DNA of 64,000 nt from Candidatus Multivoradales bacterium (GCA_965223155.1 CBDCVR010000015.1:96001-160000), one strand, 5' to 3'; shown: positions 39,186 to 49,320, numbered from the stretch's first letter. Notes: generated by a model not told the origin, from the sequence alone. A program made the numbers and translations.

Positions 39186-39989
39186 TCACGCCGCTAGCGC
39201 GGCCAGAATCACGAATCCGAGAAGCACACGATACACGACGAAGACCGAGAAATCCCGCTTCCGCACCCAGGCGATGAGCGCCCCCATCGCGGCGTAGGCC
39301 GATACCGCGGCGACCAGAAAGCCAACCGCCATATGCCCCGCCGAAGCCGGATGGGGTCCCGATCCAGCCAGGTCAAAGGCCTGCCGCGCCGCCACCAGGG
39401 TGCTTACCGGCAGCGCCAGGAGGAAGGAAAACCGGGCAGCCGCGGTCCGCTCCAGGCCGAGGGCCAGCCCCGCCGTCATGGTGACGCCGGCGCGGGACGT
39501 CCCGGGCACCAGGGCCAGCGCCTGGGCCGCTCCGATCACGAGTGCGTCGACCGTAGTCAGACTCTCAAGGGAGCGGAAGCGACGCGCCAGCCGGTCGGCG
39601 GCGAAGAGCGCCAGGCCGAGTCCGATCGAAGTCACCGCAATCACCAGCGGCAAGCGCAGGCTGGTCGCCACGAAGTCTCGGCCGAACCAGCCCGCCACCG
39701 CCACCGGGATCGTGGCGACCGCCAGAAGCAAGGCCAGTCGACGGCCCCGGTCGGCGGCCTTGCCGTCCCGCCCAGCCACCAACGAGCGCGCCAACTCGGC
39801 CAGATCGGACCGCAAGTAGGCGACCACGGCCACCATCGAGCCCAGATGGACCGCCATGTCGAATGCCAGGCCCTGGTCCTCCCATCCCAGCCAGTGGGAG
39901 GTCAGAATCAGGTGCGCCGAGGAGCTGATCGGCAAGAATTCGGTCACACCCTGGACGAGCCCCAGGAGCACGGCTTGGAAGTAGGTCAC
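39186..39989 (-). CDS. uppP: Undecaprenyl-diphosphate phosphatase
   Basis: QGVTEFLPISSSAH, PGTSRAG, AARFSFLL, YR. Start reassigned to GTG 39989. Confidence 0.94.
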   Translation of the reverse strand: MTYFQAVLLGLVQGVTEFLPISSSAHLILTSHWLGWEDQGLAFDMAVHLGSMVAVVAYLRSDLAELARSLVAGRDGKAADRGRRLALLLAVATIPVAVAGWFGRDFVATSLRLPLVIAVTSIGLGLALFAADRLARRFRSLESLTTVDALVIGAAQALALVPGTSRAGVTMTAGLALGLERTAAARFSFLLALPVSTLVAARQAFDLAGSGPHPASAGHMAVGFLVAAVSAYAAMGALIAWVRKRDFSVFVVYRVLLGFVILAALAA

Positions 39990-40130
39990 GCTGGGGCTCG
40001 GAAGCGGATGGTGAACGCAGAACGAAGCAGAGGTGAAACCGGCCGCGTCACCGCCGATGGCGAGAGCCGGCGCCAGCGCCATTGTACCGCCTACGCTGCC
40101 GCTCCCAGGAAACGGAGGGGGCCCGACTAA

Positions 40131-40174
40131 AGCCCGACCCGAGCCCGACCCGAGCCCGACCCGAGCCCGACCCG
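40131..40174. repeat. Tandem repeat, 4 x 11 bp (AGCCCGACCCG)
   Basis: Four exact copies plus a degenerate copy at 40120-40130; TATACT follows at 40181-40186. Confidence 0.9.
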
Positions 40175-40242
40175 AACGGCTATACTCCGGCTCCCTCCGC
40201 GGGGCCGCGGTCGCACCGACCCGACAACGCGTGGACATCTCC

Positions 40243-41835
40243 ATGCCCCAGCTTCCCAACCTGGCCGCCGCCGATCGCGCCGCGCTCGCCAAGCGCGGCA
40301 TCTCCGAGACCGAAGCCCGGCGCCAGCTCGCGCTCCTGGCCGAGCCTCCCGCCCCCCCGACCCTGCTCCGCGCTTGCGGCCTCGGCGACGGCATCCTCCG
40401 TCTCGAAGGCGAACCGCTCGAGTCCGCCGAAGCGGCCTGGCAAGCGTGGCACGAGCGTCCGGAGAGCTCGCTCCTCAAGCTGGTCCCGGCGTCCGGAGCC
40501 GCGACTCGGATGTTCGGCTTCCTGGCTTCGCCGATCACCTCGCTCGCCGGCCGCCCGGCGGCCGACATCGACCGCCTGGCGGCATCGGGCGATGTCAACG
40601 CCACCGCCTTGGCCCGACTGGTGGCGGGACTTCGCCGCCTACCGGTTCGCGCGGAGCTCGAGCGGGTCGCGGCGGCCCGGGGACTGGACTGGGACACGGC
40701 CCTCGAAACCGACCCGACCCAGCTCGTAGTTCTCATCGCGGCCACCAACGGCCTGGATCTTGGTGCCCTGCCCAAGGGTCTGTTGCCGTTTCACGAGTAC
40801 CCCGACGAGATCCGGACGGCATGGGTCGAGCACTGTCACGAGGCGGCCGAGTACGCGGCCGGAAGCGGTCCGTTACGGCTCCACTTGACCGTCGGCGCGG
40901 ACCACCTCAGCCTGTTCGAGGCAGCCCTCGCAGGCCACCAGCCCGAGATCGAACGTGCCACAGGCCGGAAGCTTCAGGTCACGTACTCGCTCCAGGACCC
41001 CGCCACCGACACCCTGGCTCTGGACCGTGACGGCCGGCCACTACGGGACGCGGGCGGGCGGCTGCTCCTGCGGCCGGCCGGCCACGGCGCGTTGATCGCC
41101 AACCTGGCCGCTCTGGACGCGGAGATCGTCTGTATCAAGAACATCGACAACATCGCCCGGCGGAAACGCCACACTTTGACCGGTCTCTGGAAGCGCCGTC
41201 TCGTCGGCCATCTCCTCGTTCTCCGGAACCGCTCGCAGGAGCTGCTCGAGGCCCTGGCAGAGGAGCGAACCGGCGGCCGCGATATCCTGGACCGGGCGGC
41301 CGACTTCCTCGAAACGTCCCTGGCGGTAGGCCTTCCGCAGGGTTTTCGCAACCGCGACTCGGACAGGCGGCGGCGCGAGCTGATCGACCGGCTGGACCGG
41401 CCGCTCCGCGTCTGTGGCGTGGTGCGGAACCAGGGCGAGCCGGGCGGAGGCCCCTTTTGGCTCGGCTCAGAGGAGGGCGTCGCCAGCGGCCAGATCGTCG
41501 AGGCGAGCCAGGTCGACCGAACGGATGCGCGGCAGGACGCGCTCTTCCGGGAGGCGACCCACTTCAATCCGGTCGACGTCGTCTGCTCGCTGAGGCGCCC
41601 GGCGGGCGGGCGCTACGACCTTGAGGCCTACGTCGATCCGCGGACTTCGTTCGTGACCGACAAGCAGCAGGACGGACGCACCGTTCGCGTGCTGGAGCGG
41701 CCCGGCCTCTGGAACGGGGCGATGGCCGGCTGGAACACCGCCTTCGTGGAAGTACCGGCCGAGACCTTCACCCCGGTCAAGACCCTGCTGGACCTTCTGC
41801 GCCCGGGTCACGTGCCCGGCGACGGCTCGGACTAG
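40243..41835 (+). CDS. DUF4301 family protein (nucleotidyltransferase-like fold)
   Basis: VPASGAATRMF, LPKGLLPFH, RPAGHGALI.NL, KNIDN, GEPGGGPFW, THFNPVD, LWNGAMA. Confidence 0.85.
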   Translation: MPQLPNLAAADRAALAKRGISETEARRQLALLAEPPAPPTLLRACGLGDGILRLEGEPLESAEAAWQAWHERPESSLLKLVPASGAATRMFGFLASPITSLAGRPAADIDRLAASGDVNATALARLVAGLRRLPVRAELERVAAARGLDWDTALETDPTQLVVLIAATNGLDLGALPKGLLPFHEYPDEIRTAWVEHCHEAAEYAAGSGPLRLHLTVGADHLSLFEAALAGHQPEIERATGRKLQVTYSLQDPATDTLALDRDGRPLRDAGGRLLLRPAGHGALIANLAALDAEIVCIKNIDNIARRKRHTLTGLWKRRLVGHLLVLRNRSQELLEALAEERTGGRDILDRAADFLETSLAVGLPQGFRNRDSDRRRRELIDRLDRPLRVCGVVRNQGEPGGGPFWLGSEEGVASGQIVEASQVDRTDARQDALFREATHFNPVDVVCSLRRPAGGRYDLEAYVDPRTSFVTDKQQDGRTVRVLERPGLWNGAMAGWNTAFVEVPAETFTPVKTLLDLLRPGHVPGDGSD

Positions 41836-41927
41836 CCTGTTCGGCTCCCAGCCGAGGCGCCGCCGGCCGTAACCGCCTCGACCGGCACGCCGCGCCGGTA
41901 GTGCCAGCGTTGATTGGGGCGACGGGC

Positions 41928-43259
41928 CTAGTAGGCCTGGAGGTAGCGCTCCCGCTCCCAGGGATGGACGTGGGCGATGAAGTCATGCCATTCCATCCGC
42001 TTGGCCTGGATGAAGTGCTGCGCGATGTGCTCGCCCAGGGCCCCAAGAACGACCTTGTTCTTCTCGAGGTTGTCCAGGGCCTCGTTCAAGTCCGCCGGCA
42101 GCTCATCGATCTTGCGGCGCCGCTTCTCCCGCTGGCTCATGGCGAAGATGTTCTTGTTGACCGGCGCGCCGGGGTCCATCTTGTTGGCGACTCCGTCCAG
42201 TCCGGCGGCGAGCATCACCGTGAGCGCGAGGTACGGGTTGCAGGCCGGGTCGGGCACCCGCACTTCACAGCGCGTCGACATCCCACGCTTGGCCGGCACG
42301 CGAACCAGAGGACTGCGATTCTTTTCCGACCAGGCGATGTTGGTCGGCGCTTCGTAGCCCGGTACCAGGCGCTTGTAGGAGTTCACCAGCGGATTGGTGA
42401 CCGCCACGAAGGCCTTGGCGTGGCGCAGGACGCCACCGATGTATCCCAGCGCGACCTTGGACAGCTCCCGCTCGGCAGTCTTCGCCCAGAAGGCGTTCCG
42501 GCCGCGGCGATCCAAGAGGCTCATGTGGCAGTGCATCCCGGAGCCGTTGACCCCGACCAGCGGCTTCGGCATGAAGGTGGCGTGAAGACCGTGATCGAGA
42601 GCCACCTTCTTGACCACGAACCGGAAGGTCGCCACGTTGTCGGCACACGAGATGGCCTCGGAGTACTTGAAATCGATCTCGTGCTGTCCTGGCGCCACTT
42701 CGTGATGGGCCGCCTCGACCTCGAATCCCATCGCCTCTAGAACCACGACGATGTCCCGGCGGCACTCTTCACCCCGATCCACCGGAGTCAAGTCGAAGTA
42801 GCCGCCGACATCGTGAGTCTCGACCAACGTCGCGCCGTCGGGATCCTTCTGAAACAGGAAGAATTCGGCCTCGGGGCCGGCTACCATGCGATAGCCCCGT
42901 GCCTTGGCCGCGGCCACTTGCCGCTTCAACGCTAGCCGCGGGCAACCGTCGAACTCCGAACCGTCGGGCCGGTAGATGTCGCAGATCAGCCGCGCGACCC
43001 TGGTGCCGTCCTCACTGGTCCACGGGTTCACCTGGAAGGTCTCCAAGTCCGGCACAAGCAGCATGTCCGACTCCTCGATGCGCACGAACCCTTCGATCGA
43101 CGAGCCGTCGAACATGATCTGCCCGTCCAGGGCCTTCTCGAACTGACTGCGAGGCACTTCCACGTTCTTGAGCGTGCCCATGAGATCGGTGAACTGAAGG
43201 CGTAAGAAGCGGACCTTGTGCTTGTCAACGGTCTTGAGAATCTCGGCTCGACTGGTCAC
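41928..43259 (-). CDS. glnA: Glutamine synthetase type I (GSI-alpha-like)
   Basis: FDGSSIEGF, HHEVAPGQHE, FMPKP, NGSGMH, NSYKRLVPGYEAP; AGGAGG SD. Confidence 0.97.
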   Translation of the reverse strand: MTSRAEILKTVDKHKVRFLRLQFTDLMGTLKNVEVPRSQFEKALDGQIMFDGSSIEGFVRIEESDMLLVPDLETFQVNPWTSEDGTRVARLICDIYRPDGSEFDGCPRLALKRQVAAAKARGYRMVAGPEAEFFLFQKDPDGATLVETHDVGGYFDLTPVDRGEECRRDIVVVLEAMGFEVEAAHHEVAPGQHEIDFKYSEAISCADNVATFRFVVKKVALDHGLHATFMPKPLVGVNGSGMHCHMSLLDRRGRNAFWAKTAERELSKVALGYIGGVLRHAKAFVAVTNPLVNSYKRLVPGYEAPTNIAWSEKNRSPLVRVPAKRGMSTRCEVRVPDPACNPYLALTVMLAAGLDGVANKMDPGAPVNKNIFAMSQREKRRRKIDELPADLNEALDNLEKNKVVLGALGEHIAQHFIQAKRMEWHDFIAHVHPWERERYLQAY

Positions 43260-43458
43260 GGCGTCCTCCTAAGTTGGTCGGTTCGGCAGAATCTAGTGGA
43301 CGGATCGTCGCAAAGCAAGCCCTTTTCGGAAAAACGACAACGAAATCTCGCCCAATCGACCATTTTTCAAGATCAGCTACTCTTGCAGCCCAGCCAGGTC
43401 TCGCGCCCCTTGTGCTACCATGCGCCGGATTCGACGAGGACCTTCTGGAGGAGACCGC

Positions 43459-43791
43459 GTGGCCGACGACGCCATCAAGATGCCGCTATTGGGAAGCGTT
43501 CCGCGCCCCAAGACCTGGGATTTCATCGCCTGCGCGACCGTCGTGCTGTCGATCATCGTGGCCGTGTACAACCTGAGCTCGGCCTTGGGACAGGCACCGG
43601 GCGAGTCGGTTTCCGGCCTTGCTACGACGGTGATCGTCCTGGTCCAGCTCGCGATTGCCACCCTGTGCCTGTTCGTCCTGGGCAAGACCGCGAAGGAAGG
43701 AACGCTGTGGGGCAATCTCGCCGCGGTGACCGGTCTTCTGATCGCGATCAGCGCCGTACTCCTGGCCGCGGCTCTCTTCGCAGCGGCGTAA
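43459..43791 (+). CDS. Small 3-TM membrane protein
   Basis: GGAGG SD, GTG start, three hydrophobic helices; TGnTACCAT upstream. Confidence 0.6.
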   Translation: MADDAIKMPLLGSVPRPKTWDFIACATVVLSIIVAVYNLSSALGQAPGESVSGLATTVIVLVQLAIATLCLFVLGKTAKEGTLWGNLAAVTGLLIAISAVLLAAALFAAA

Positions 43792-43887
43792 TCGCCGGCG
43801 GCACCAGCGGCACCGACTGAACCGCCACCCAGTGGTCCGCGTAGGTTGGAGCGAAACCGCCGGACGGCCGGCGTCGCAGGAAGCACG

Positions 43888-44640
43888 ATGACGAGCTCTC
43901 CAACTTCGGAACCCCCCTCCGCCACCGGCTCCCGGTCCGGCCTGCCGGGCCTCGTGCTGCGTGGCCTCGCGGTCGTCACCGCCCTCACCCTTCTCCTCGT
44001 CCTGGGCCGGAAGCTGGGCGCTTATGTCCCCGCCTTCGCCTCCTGGGTGGACGGCCTCGGGCTCTGGGGACCGGCCGCTTTCATCCTCGGGTACGCCATC
44101 GCCACGGTGGCGTTCATTCCCGGCTCTCTCCTGACCCTGGCTGCCGGCGCCATCTTCGGACTGGTGCGGGGCACCGCCTTCGTGTTCGTCGGCGCCAGCC
44201 TCGGCGCCGTGGCCGCGTTCTTGGTGGCTCGCTACGGCGCTCGCCGCTGGGTCGAGGCCAAGCTCGCCGCCAAACCCCGCTTCCGAGCCATCGACCGGGC
44301 TGTCGCGCGCGAGGGCCGCAAGATCGTCTTCCTTCTCCGCCTGTCTCCGGTCTTTCCCTTCAACCTCCTCAATTACGCCCTCGGACTTTCGAAGGTACGC
44401 CTCCGCGACTACGCTATGGCCTGCCTCGGCATGCTGCCCGGGACCTTCCTCTACGTCTACTACGGCAAGGCGCTCGGCAGCCTCGCCGCCGTCGCCGCTG
44501 GCTCCGGTACCGGCGGAGTCGAGCGCGATACCGGCTACTGGATCGTCCTGGGCCTGGGTCTGGCGGCCACGGTCCTGGTGACCACCATCGTCACCCGCAT
44601 CGCCCGCAACGCGCTCCGCAACGAGGTCTCCGATGACTGA
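43888..44640 (+). CDS. TVP38/TMEM64 (DedA/VTT domain) membrane protein
   Basis: PGS.LTLAAGAIFG, FLVARY, LRLSPVFPFNLLNY, GMLPGT. Confidence 0.9.
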   Translation: MTSSPTSEPPSATGSRSGLPGLVLRGLAVVTALTLLLVLGRKLGAYVPAFASWVDGLGLWGPAAFILGYAIATVAFIPGSLLTLAAGAIFGLVRGTAFVFVGASLGAVAAFLVARYGARRWVEAKLAAKPRFRAIDRAVAREGRKIVFLLRLSPVFPFNLLNYALGLSKVRLRDYAMACLGMLPGTFLYVYYGKALGSLAAVAAGSGTGGVERDTGYWIVLGLGLAATVLVTTIVTRIARNALRNEVSDD

Positions 44641-46198
44641 ATCGCCATCCCGCCACCCCAACCCCGACTTCGACCGCCTACCAGCCGAGATCCAGGAGGT
44701 CATCCGCCCCTTCGACGAGCACAACCACGATCTCATCGCCAACGTGCATCCGGTCACCTGGTCGAATCCGGAACCCAAGGACCGGTACCACTTGGTCGTG
44801 CTGGGTGGCGGCACGGCCGGCCTAGTGAGCGCTGCCGGCGCCGCCGGCCTCGGAGCCAGGGTGGCCCTGGTCGAGCGCAAGCTCCTCGGCGGCGACTGCT
44901 TGAACTACGGCTGCGTTCCTTCGAAGGCCCTGATCCGGGCAGCCCGCGCCTGGCACGCCGCCCGCAACGGCAGCCGGTTCGGCGCGCCCGTCGCCCAAGA
45001 GGACGGCGACTTCTCCGAGGTCATGCGGCGCATGCGCGAGTTGCGCGCCCGCATCAGCCATCACGACAGCGCCCGCAGATTCTCCGACCTCGGCGTCGAT
45101 GTCTTCATTGGCGAGGGCAAGTTCATCGCTTCGGACGCTTTGGAAGTAGCGGGCAAACGCTTGCGGTTTCGGCGGGCGGTGGTCGCCACCGGCGCCCGGC
45201 CGCTGGTGCTGCCGATCCCCGGCCTCGCCGAGGCCGACTTCCTGACCAATGAGACGGTCTTTACCCTGACCGAGCTTCCTCGCCGCCTGGCGATCATTGG
45301 TGGCGGACCCATCGGCTGCGAGCTGGCCCAGTCCTTTGCCCGGTTCGGCGCCAAGGTGTCGGTCTTCGACATCGCCCCGCACGTCCTGGTCCGAGAGGAT
45401 GCCGATGCCGCCGAGATCGTCCAGCAGGCGCTCGTCCGGGACGGCGTCGACCTCAGACTCGGCGTGGCGATCCAGAAGGTCGCGACCAAGGACGGCGAGA
45501 CCTCGATCCTCTTCGAACAGGACGGCGCCGAGCGCGAGCTGCGATTCGACGAGCTCCTCCTCGCCGTCGGCCGCGTGCCCAACACCGGCGGCATCGGACT
45601 CGAGGCCGCGGGCGTTACGTACTCCAAGCACGGCGTCGAGGTCGATGACCGGCTGGTCACCTCCAACAAGCGCATCTACGCCGTCGGCGACGTGGCGTCA
45701 CGAGTCAAGTTCACCCATGTGGCCGACGCGCTGGCCCGTATCGCCATCCAGAACGCTCTCTTCTTCGGCCGCAAGAGGGCCAGCGACTTGGTGATCCCGT
45801 GGTGTACCTATACCGATCCCGAGATCGCTCACGTCGGTCTGTACACCGGCGACGCCAAGGATCGCGGCCTGGAGACGGAGACCGTAACCGTTCCGCTTGC
45901 CGAGGTCGACCGCTCGGTCCTGGAGGGCGCCGACGAAGGCTTCCTGCGCCTGCACGTCGAGAAGGGAAAGGACCGGATCCTCGGGGCGACCCTGGTCGGC
46001 GATCACGCCGGCGACATCCTCGGCGAGCTGTCCCTGGCGGTCTCCCAGGGCATTGGACTCGAGCGCATCGCGGCGACGATCCACGCCTATCCGACCCAGG
46101 CGGAGGCAATCAAGAAGGCTGCCGACACCTGGCGCCGAGGCAAGCTGACGCCCACGGTTCAGAAGATCTTCACGCTTTTCTTCAAGATCTTCCGCTGA
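44633..46198 (+). CDS. MerA-like flavoprotein disulfide reductase (no C-terminal Cys pair)
   Basis: GGGTAG, GGDCLNYGCVPSK, GGGPIGCE, HAYPTQAE. Confidence 0.88.
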   Translation: MTESPSRHPNPDFDRLPAEIQEVIRPFDEHNHDLIANVHPVTWSNPEPKDRYHLVVLGGGTAGLVSAAGAAGLGARVALVERKLLGGDCLNYGCVPSKALIRAARAWHAARNGSRFGAPVAQEDGDFSEVMRRMRELRARISHHDSARRFSDLGVDVFIGEGKFIASDALEVAGKRLRFRRAVVATGARPLVLPIPGLAEADFLTNETVFTLTELPRRLAIIGGGPIGCELAQSFARFGAKVSVFDIAPHVLVREDADAAEIVQQALVRDGVDLRLGVAIQKVATKDGETSILFEQDGAERELRFDELLLAVGRVPNTGGIGLEAAGVTYSKHGVEVDDRLVTSNKRIYAVGDVASRVKFTHVADALARIAIQNALFFGRKRASDLVIPWCTYTDPEIAHVGLYTGDAKDRGLETETVTVPLAEVDRSVLEGADEGFLRLHVEKGKDRILGATLVGDHAGDILGELSLAVSQGIGLERIAATIHAYPTQAEAIKKAADTWRRGKLTPTVQKIFTLFFKIFR

Positions 46199-46290
46199 GC
46201 CGCCAAGCTCCGGGCCGTTCGGCCCATGAGAGCGCCGCCAAGCCCCGTCGGTCGCGGCAGGTCGCGGCCAGTCGCGGTAGATTGCCCTCC

Positions 46291-47190
46291 GTGCCCGAAC
46301 TCGCAGTCATCGTCGTCACCTGGAACGCCGAGAACGTCTTGCCGGCCTGTCTGGCCTCGATCGAACCGGCGGCGCCCGGACTGACTTGCGAAGTCGTGGT
46401 CGTCGACAACGCATCCAGCGATCAGACCTGCGCTCTTGTCGAGACTCTTGGCCGGGAACTAGCGCTCGATGTCCGCCTGCTTCGAAACAGCGACAACCAG
46501 GGTCTGGGGCGGGCCAACCAACGTGGCTTTCGGGAGTCGAGCGGTCCCTTCGTGGCTTTTCTGAACCCGGATGTGACTCTGGAGCCGAGCGCCCTGTCTC
46601 TGCTGGTGGAACGTCTGCGGACGAGTTCCCGCGCCGGAGTGGCAGGCCCGGCGATCCTCGATCCGGACGGCTCGATGCAACACGGCCCGATCGCGGGCGC
46701 CGGCCTGGCCTCTCTCGCCGGACCGGACCGGGATCTGGAGCGCTTCCGGGGCCGCGCCGAGCCCTCGTTCACCGTCCACGGTTGCTGCATGGTCGGCACC
46801 CGGGCGGCCTTCGAGGCCATCGGCGGCTTCCCCACGGACACATTCCTGTACGGCGAGGAGCTCCTGGTGGGAACCCGCATGGCGCGCCGCGGGTACGAGG
46901 TCTGGTTCGACGGCCGGGCCGAGGCCCGGCACCGGGTCGGCCATAGCGTCAACGAACGCTGGTCCTGGGAAGATCGCAACCTCGTCCGGCGCCGCGGCAT
47001 CGTCGCAGCCATCCGCGCCAGCTACCCGGCACCCTACTTCTGGGTCTGGAACGCCCTCAAGACCCTGCGCACGGCCCCCGGCATGCTGGCCGGGAACAGC
47101 GCTCGCCGGCGCCTGTCCCGGCGCCTCGTCGGCCTCCACCTCCGGTCTTTCTGGCCGCTGTCCTCCCGGCCGCCAGCAGCCCGCGGCTAG
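46291..47190 (+). CDS. GT2 family glycosyltransferase
   Basis: VIVVTWN, VVDNASSD, FLNPD, FLYGEE. GTG start 7 nt after TAGATT. Confidence 0.9.
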   Translation: MPELAVIVVTWNAENVLPACLASIEPAAPGLTCEVVVVDNASSDQTCALVETLGRELALDVRLLRNSDNQGLGRANQRGFRESSGPFVAFLNPDVTLEPSALSLLVERLRTSSRAGVAGPAILDPDGSMQHGPIAGAGLASLAGPDRDLERFRGRAEPSFTVHGCCMVGTRAAFEAIGGFPTDTFLYGEELLVGTRMARRGYEVWFDGRAEARHRVGHSVNERWSWEDRNLVRRRGIVAAIRASYPAPYFWVWNALKTLRTAPGMLAGNSARRRLSRRLVGLHLRSFWPLSSRPPAARG

Positions 47191-47978
47191 GGCTTGGCGC
47201 CCAGCATCCGCCGCAGCCACCGGTACGGCCGATAGATGGGGCTGCGAGCCAGCCGGCTTCGCAGCCGGCGCTCGATCAGACGCCGCTTCGCGTAGCGGAA
47301 GAAACGATCGGTGTTCTCGACCTGCGCCCCGAGCTCGTTGTCTTCGACCTCCGCGAACGCACCCAGAAGCACGCAGAAGACGCTGTCCTTGAGCTTGAAG
47401 GCCCGGTACCTGGCACCCTCCTCGTCGAGCCCGGCACAGGCTTCGGCAATGGCTCCGTAGACCAGATCGGCGTCATGGAAGACAATCGCCGCGTCCGTCG
47501 CCGCCACGCCCCGGCAGAACCGGAAATCCGACCGGGCCGCGCGGTTGGTGTGCTCTCCGTCGATCAACATCAAGTCCACGCTGCCCGCGATGGCACCGGG
47601 CTCGATCTCGGAGGCATCGCAGTCGAACGTGGTGAGCTTGGAGCGCGCGCCGGGATCCAGCGCTTCCAGATTGGCGAGCATGCGCTCGGTCGAGTTCTCA
47701 GGATAGAAGTACGGTACTCCGCGCTCGTCCGGGAGGGCGAACGGACGAGTGTCGATCGACACGATGTGGCGGCAGCGCCCATCCAGCAGATGCGGCTGAA
47801 TGGTGCCGCCGAGATGGGAGCCGATCTCGAGATACGTGTACTCGGGCAGACGCGCGGCAACGAGCCGCTGCACGGCCAGGAAGGAACGGCGATCCTCTTC
47901 GGTGGTTTGACTCGAGATCGCCTCGAAGAGGTCGACGTCGAGAGCCGAAACCCGGTTTGCGATCGGCGCGGCGCCCAT
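47187..47978 (-). CDS. Class I SAM-dependent methyltransferase (Methyltransf_24-like)
   Basis: YLEIGSHLGG, IDGEH, IVFHD. Confidence 0.8.
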   Translation of the reverse strand: MGAAPIANRVSALDVDLFEAISSQTTEEDRRSFLAVQRLVAARLPEYTYLEIGSHLGGTIQPHLLDGRCRHIVSIDTRPFALPDERGVPYFYPENSTERMLANLEALDPGARSKLTTFDCDASEIEPGAIAGSVDLMLIDGEHTNRAARSDFRFCRGVAATDAAIVFHDADLVYGAIAEACAGLDEEGARYRAFKLKDSVFCVLLGAFAEVEDNELGAQVENTDRFFRYAKRRLIERRLRSRLARSPIYRPYRWLRRMLGAKP

Positions 47979-48110
47979 GAGCGACCGAGTCTAGCCCGAA
48001 ATCGGCCCGCCGCCTGCCCCTGAGACCACTCAAGAACCCCTGACGCCGATGGTACACTCCCACCACGCGAGGGGGGCTTGGTGACAACGAGTCCGGCCCG
48101 CGCTCCCCGC

Positions 48111-49295
48111 ATGACAGACCGCCTCAGAGTGCTCGTCACCGACGCCGAGGTGCGCAAGACCCTTGCCGTCGTACGCGATCTGACGCCCCGCTTTGAGGTC
48201 TGGACGGCCGCCTCCTCGCGACCGGCTCTGGCCGCCTGGTCCAGAGGCGTCGCCCGGCACCTCCGGAGCCCGAGTTGCAGCGAGTTCCCCGACTGGCTGG
48301 TCAGCGCCTGCCGCGAACACCAATTCGACGTCCTGATCTGCCCGCAGGAACGAAGCCTGCTCCTGGCCGGCACGGTCTACGAGAAGCTCGGTGAAACCGG
48401 CGTCGCCCTCACCTTCCCACGCCCCGAAGTCCTGGATCGGGCCTTCGATAAGGCCAAGACCCTGGCCGCCGCCGAGCGCCTGGGGGTCCCCGCGCCGACG
48501 ACCCGAGTTCCCGAGCGCCACGAGGACACCCTGGCGGCCGCTAACGACCTGGGCTTCCCGCTCGTGCTCAAACCCCGGTACTCGACCTACCGGCATGGAG
48601 ACGACTGGGTTCCCAACGACGGCACCCAATATGCCTCGAACGCCTCGCAGCTCGAGGCGCTCCTGGCCCGCTTCGACCGCCGCCAGCCGCCGCCGCTGCT
48701 GCAGCAATACGTACCCGGCCGCGGCTTCGGGGTCTTCTTGCTACGGGACCGGGACGGCGAGATCCGAGCCCGATTCGCCCACCGGCGGCTCCGGGACGTA
48801 CGCCCCACGGGCTCGGGCTCGGTCGTCCGCAAGGCGATCCAACCGCCGCCGGAGATGCTGCAACACAGCCTAGCTCTGGTCGAGGCTCTGGGCCTATGGG
48901 GCGTCTCGATGGTGGAGTTCAAGCACAGCGCCGAGCGCGACCAGCCCATACTGATGGAGGTCAACGGCCGCTTCTGGGGCTCGCTGCAGCTGGCACTCGA
49001 CGCCGGGGTGGATTTTCCCGGCCTTCTGGTCGACATGGTCAGCGGCGCCGGGCGAACCGTCTCGAGCTACGCGCATGGCGGGATCCTGCGCTGGTGGCTC
49101 GGCGACGCGCTCCGGGCCCTCCGGGTACTGCGCGGCAAGCCCGAGAACTTTCCGGGGCCCTTTCCTTCGCGACTTTCCGGGCTTCGGCACCTGGTGAGGC
49201 GACAGCCCGCGGGCACCCGCTCGGAGGTCTTCCGGGCGTCCGATCCCTGGCCAGGACTCGCCGAGCTCCTCGCCGCCACCAAGAGGATCGGTTGA
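48111..49295 (+). CDS. ATP-grasp carboxylate-amine ligase (EPS-cluster type)
   Basis: DK, GFPLVLKP, QQYVPG, MVEFK, LMEVNGRFWGSL. Confidence 0.85.
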   Translation: MTDRLRVLVTDAEVRKTLAVVRDLTPRFEVWTAASSRPALAAWSRGVARHLRSPSCSEFPDWLVSACREHQFDVLICPQERSLLLAGTVYEKLGETGVALTFPRPEVLDRAFDKAKTLAAAERLGVPAPTTRVPERHEDTLAAANDLGFPLVLKPRYSTYRHGDDWVPNDGTQYASNASQLEALLARFDRRQPPPLLQQYVPGRGFGVFLLRDRDGEIRARFAHRRLRDVRPTGSGSVVRKAIQPPPEMLQHSLALVEALGLWGVSMVEFKHSAERDQPILMEVNGRFWGSLQLALDAGVDFPGLLVDMVSGAGRTVSSYAHGGILRWWLGDALRALRVLRGKPENFPGPFPSRLSGLRHLVRRQPAGTRSEVFRASDPWPGLAELLAATKRIG

Positions 49296-49320
49296 CCGAC
49301 CCAACCCGGATGCCGGTCTC

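Noticed and set aside
40120-40174. Repeat as a CRISPR array
   Set aside because: The 11-bp units are contiguous without spacers, and no cas genes are present.
39990-40775. N-terminal extension of UppP (529-aa track ORF); similar extensions on the kinase, NtrC-type regulator, GT2 and sdhA
   Set aside because: The extensions overlap neighbouring genes, and family N-termini plus promoter/SD signals support the downstream starts.
43260-43400. sigma54 promoter for glnA
   Set aside because: The best minus-strand candidate has GG-N9-GC spacing and no TGGCAC.
44633-46198. Mercury resistance locus (merA)
   Set aside because: Lacks the C-terminal Cys pair and any mer regulator or transport genes.
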